A stretch of DNA of 44,406 nucleotides, from positions 1 through 44,406 of IMG/VR virus record IMGVR_UViG_3300037483_000295. One strand, 5' to 3'. The notes under the pieces are model-generated. The model was not told where the DNA came from and searched no databases. It was given only the letters and a program-made list of their open reading frames with translations. The stretch is from a virus. Its lineage: Duplodnaviria; Caudoviricetes. Below are positions 43,208-44,406 of the stretch, piece after piece. The position numbers and the translations under genes are program-made. The number at the start of each line of letters is the position of its first letter. Position 1 is the first letter of the stretch.

Positions 43208-43494
43208 GGCTCGATCTCCGGCGGCTCGAGATCGGCCAGCGGATTGAACGTCACGCAGAACGCCCACCATGCATCCAGGCCCGCCTGGGTCTGCCAGTAG
43301 GACCGTTGCAGGGCTCCCGCCGATGGAGCGTCACAGGTCAGCAGCCTGCCGTCCTCGATCACCCGGTCGTTGAACTGCCGGACATTCTCGATCACGTCCG
43401 ACCGGACGGCTTCATACTGAGGACTGCCGATGAGGCCGCACCCCGAGAGGCCGGCGGCGAGCGCGAGGCCCGCCGCCCAGAACATGCCCCGCAT
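43204..43494 (-). CDS. lipoprotein (spanin-like position)
   Basis: MRGMFWAAGLALAAG-LSGC lipobox; TGATG coupling to the holin-like gene. Confidence 0.7.
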   Translation of the reverse strand: MRGMFWAAGLALAAGLSGCGLIGSPQYEAVRSDVIENVRQFNDRVIEDGRLLTCDAPSAGALQRSYWQTQAGLDAWWAFCVTFNPLADLEPPEIEP

Positions 43495-43706
43495 CAGGCG
43501 CTCTTGCCGACCGCTGTGGTCGTCACGATACGCAGGCCGGCGTTGCCGATGACCGTCACGGCCACGATGATCGAGTCGACCACGTCGAGGCCCTGATTGA
43601 CGGCCTCTGCCATCGGCGCAGCCGTGTCGCCGAAGGCTCCGAACTGCGACAGGATGGCAACTAACGCCATGATGCCGTTGAAGATGAGCGTGCGATAACC
43701 CTTCAT
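43494..43706 (-). CDS. holin-like two-TM protein
   Basis: MKGYRTLIFN..two hydrophobic helices..LRIVTTTAVG; AGGAG RBS. Confidence 0.7.
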   Translation of the reverse strand: MKGYRTLIFNGIMALVAILSQFGAFGDTAAPMAEAVNQGLDVVDSIIVAVTVIGNAGLRIVTTTAVGKSA

Positions 43707-43721
43707 AGGTCAGTCTCCTAG

Positions 43722-43750
43722 TTGCGCCGCCGAGGCGGCTGGGGTAAATT
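43722..43750 (+). promoter_or_regulatory. sigma70-like promoter of tRNA-like RNA B
   Basis: TTGCGC-17bp-TAAATT; predicted +1 at about 43757, the first base of the acceptor-like stem. Confidence 0.65.
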
Positions 43751-43756
43751 TGTGAG

Positions 43757-43956
43757 GCTGCGTGAGGCGGGAAAAGCAGACCCGCTGGCGTTGATGGCCA
43801 AGTAGCCGAAGCGGATGTAAAGCCGCACCGATGAGGGTTAAGCTGGCGGCGCATTACTAAGTCCGGCAGTCACGGTCCCGCAGGCGAAGTACCGGAGCGA
43901 CGTGAAGGGCAAGTGCGCATAGCCTGGATCAGTCGGAGTAGCGCCCGACCCGCAGC
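43757..43956 (+). ncRNA. tRNA-like structured RNA B (about 200 nt)
   Basis: Acceptor GCTGCG(T)G/CCGCAGC, D-like GCGGG-aaaagcaga-CCCGC, T-like GTCGG-agtagcgc-CCGAC; 146-nt insert; own promoter and terminator. Confidence 0.7.
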
Positions 43957-43987
43957 ACTTCTCCCCCGCCGGTTCGCTCGGCAGGAC

Positions 43988-44021
43988 AGGGCCGCTCCTC
44001 ACGGGGCGGCCCTTGGCTTTT
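43988..44021 (+). terminator. intrinsic terminator downstream of RNA B
   Basis: AGGGCCGCTCC-tcac-GGGGCGGCCCT then TGGCTTTT; U-tract only on the + strand. Confidence 0.65.
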
Positions 44022-44347
44022 CAGGCCCAGCCCATCACTTTGGCGAACAGAAAGGCGGCGAGCGCGAGAAGCGTGCCTACCAGCGCCAGCAGCCCGGCGT
44101 TCATCCGCCCATGCAGCCCGGACAGGCTGGTGTTGATCTTGGCAAGCCCAGCATCGAAGCGGTCCTGCATGCCCCCGAGCGTCAGCGCGACCTCAGCCCG
44201 GAAATCGTGTCGATCCTTCTTGGCCTGCCGCCGCTCTTCCTGGCATTCGGTTTCGTGTCGCGTCATGCGCTCATCCAGCTTCTCTGCCAGCAGGTGCGCC
44301 CGGCTCGCCAACTCGATCGCGCGACGGTTCTCTGTCGTCTCGGGCAC
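44021..44347 (-). CDS. coiled-coil protein with C-terminal TM helix (lysis-region membrane protein)
   Basis: GGAGG RBS, GTG start; HETECQEER coil; LLALVGTLLALAAFLFAKVMGW. Confidence 0.7.
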   Translation of the reverse strand: MPETTENRRAIELASRAHLLAEKLDERMTRHETECQEERRQAKKDRHDFRAEVALTLGGMQDRFDAGLAKINTSLSGLHGRMNAGLLALVGTLLALAAFLFAKVMGWA

Positions 44348-44406
44348 TGGTCCGGCCTCCTGCCATATTCTAGACGGCGCCCCGTGTTTCTGCTATGTTC
44401 TCCCCA
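44280..44406. repeat. 127-bp exact direct terminal repeat (copy 2)
   Basis: Identical to 1-127. Confidence 0.95.

Noticed and set aside
41764-43854. ORF-track entries 41764-42840, 42584-42928 and the N-terminal part of 43204-43854
   Set aside because: Low-complexity Arg/Pro-rich translations that cross real genes, promoters and the structured RNAs.
43828-43890. Hammerhead-like CCGATGAG...GAA in the RNA B insert
   Set aside because: The core deviates from CUGANGA/GAAA and I could not build the three stems.
43757-43956. RNA B as tmRNA or a canonical/intron-containing tRNA
   Set aside because: No G3-U70 alanine identity, TTC loop or CCA; LAA in the mini-ORF is not terminal; no group I intron core or splice-restorable anticodon arm seen.
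44280-44406. 127-bp terminal repeat as a biological direct terminal repeat
   Set aside because: The length equals a common assembler k-mer and it splits a gene start and promoter far from the terminase genes; best read as circular overlap.

Overview
The window is an apparently complete, circular-mapping phage genome of about 44.3 kb; positions 1-127 equal 44280-44406, most likely an assembly overlap. It is a GC-rich, short-tailed (P22-like architecture) dsDNA phage with lambdoid regulation, probably of an alphaproteobacterial host. The minus strand carries cro, the replication and early-right genes, a NusG/RfaH-like antiterminator, terminases, portal, a Thr-rich fibre-like protein, scaffold and major capsid protein. 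These are followed by a six-enzyme sugar-modification cassette, adaptor, nozzle, ejection proteins and a lysis-type region. The plus strand carries a cI-like repressor and the early-left operon (HNHs, small DNA methyltransferase, Rad52/Sak recombinase, many small ORFs). I could not recognise an integrase, a classical endolysin or a tail fibre/spike. The most striking unexplained signal is a pair of tRNA-shaped non-coding RNA genes (42726-42876 and 43757-43956), antisense to the lysis region. Each has its own sigma70-like promoter with +1 at the first base of the acceptor stem, compensatory base changes in the D- and T-like stems, 8-nt T-loops, and a 100-150 nt insert in place of the anticodon arm. 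Second is a probable virion-glycosylation system inside the structural operon. All family assignments come from motif recognition by eye; no searches were run.
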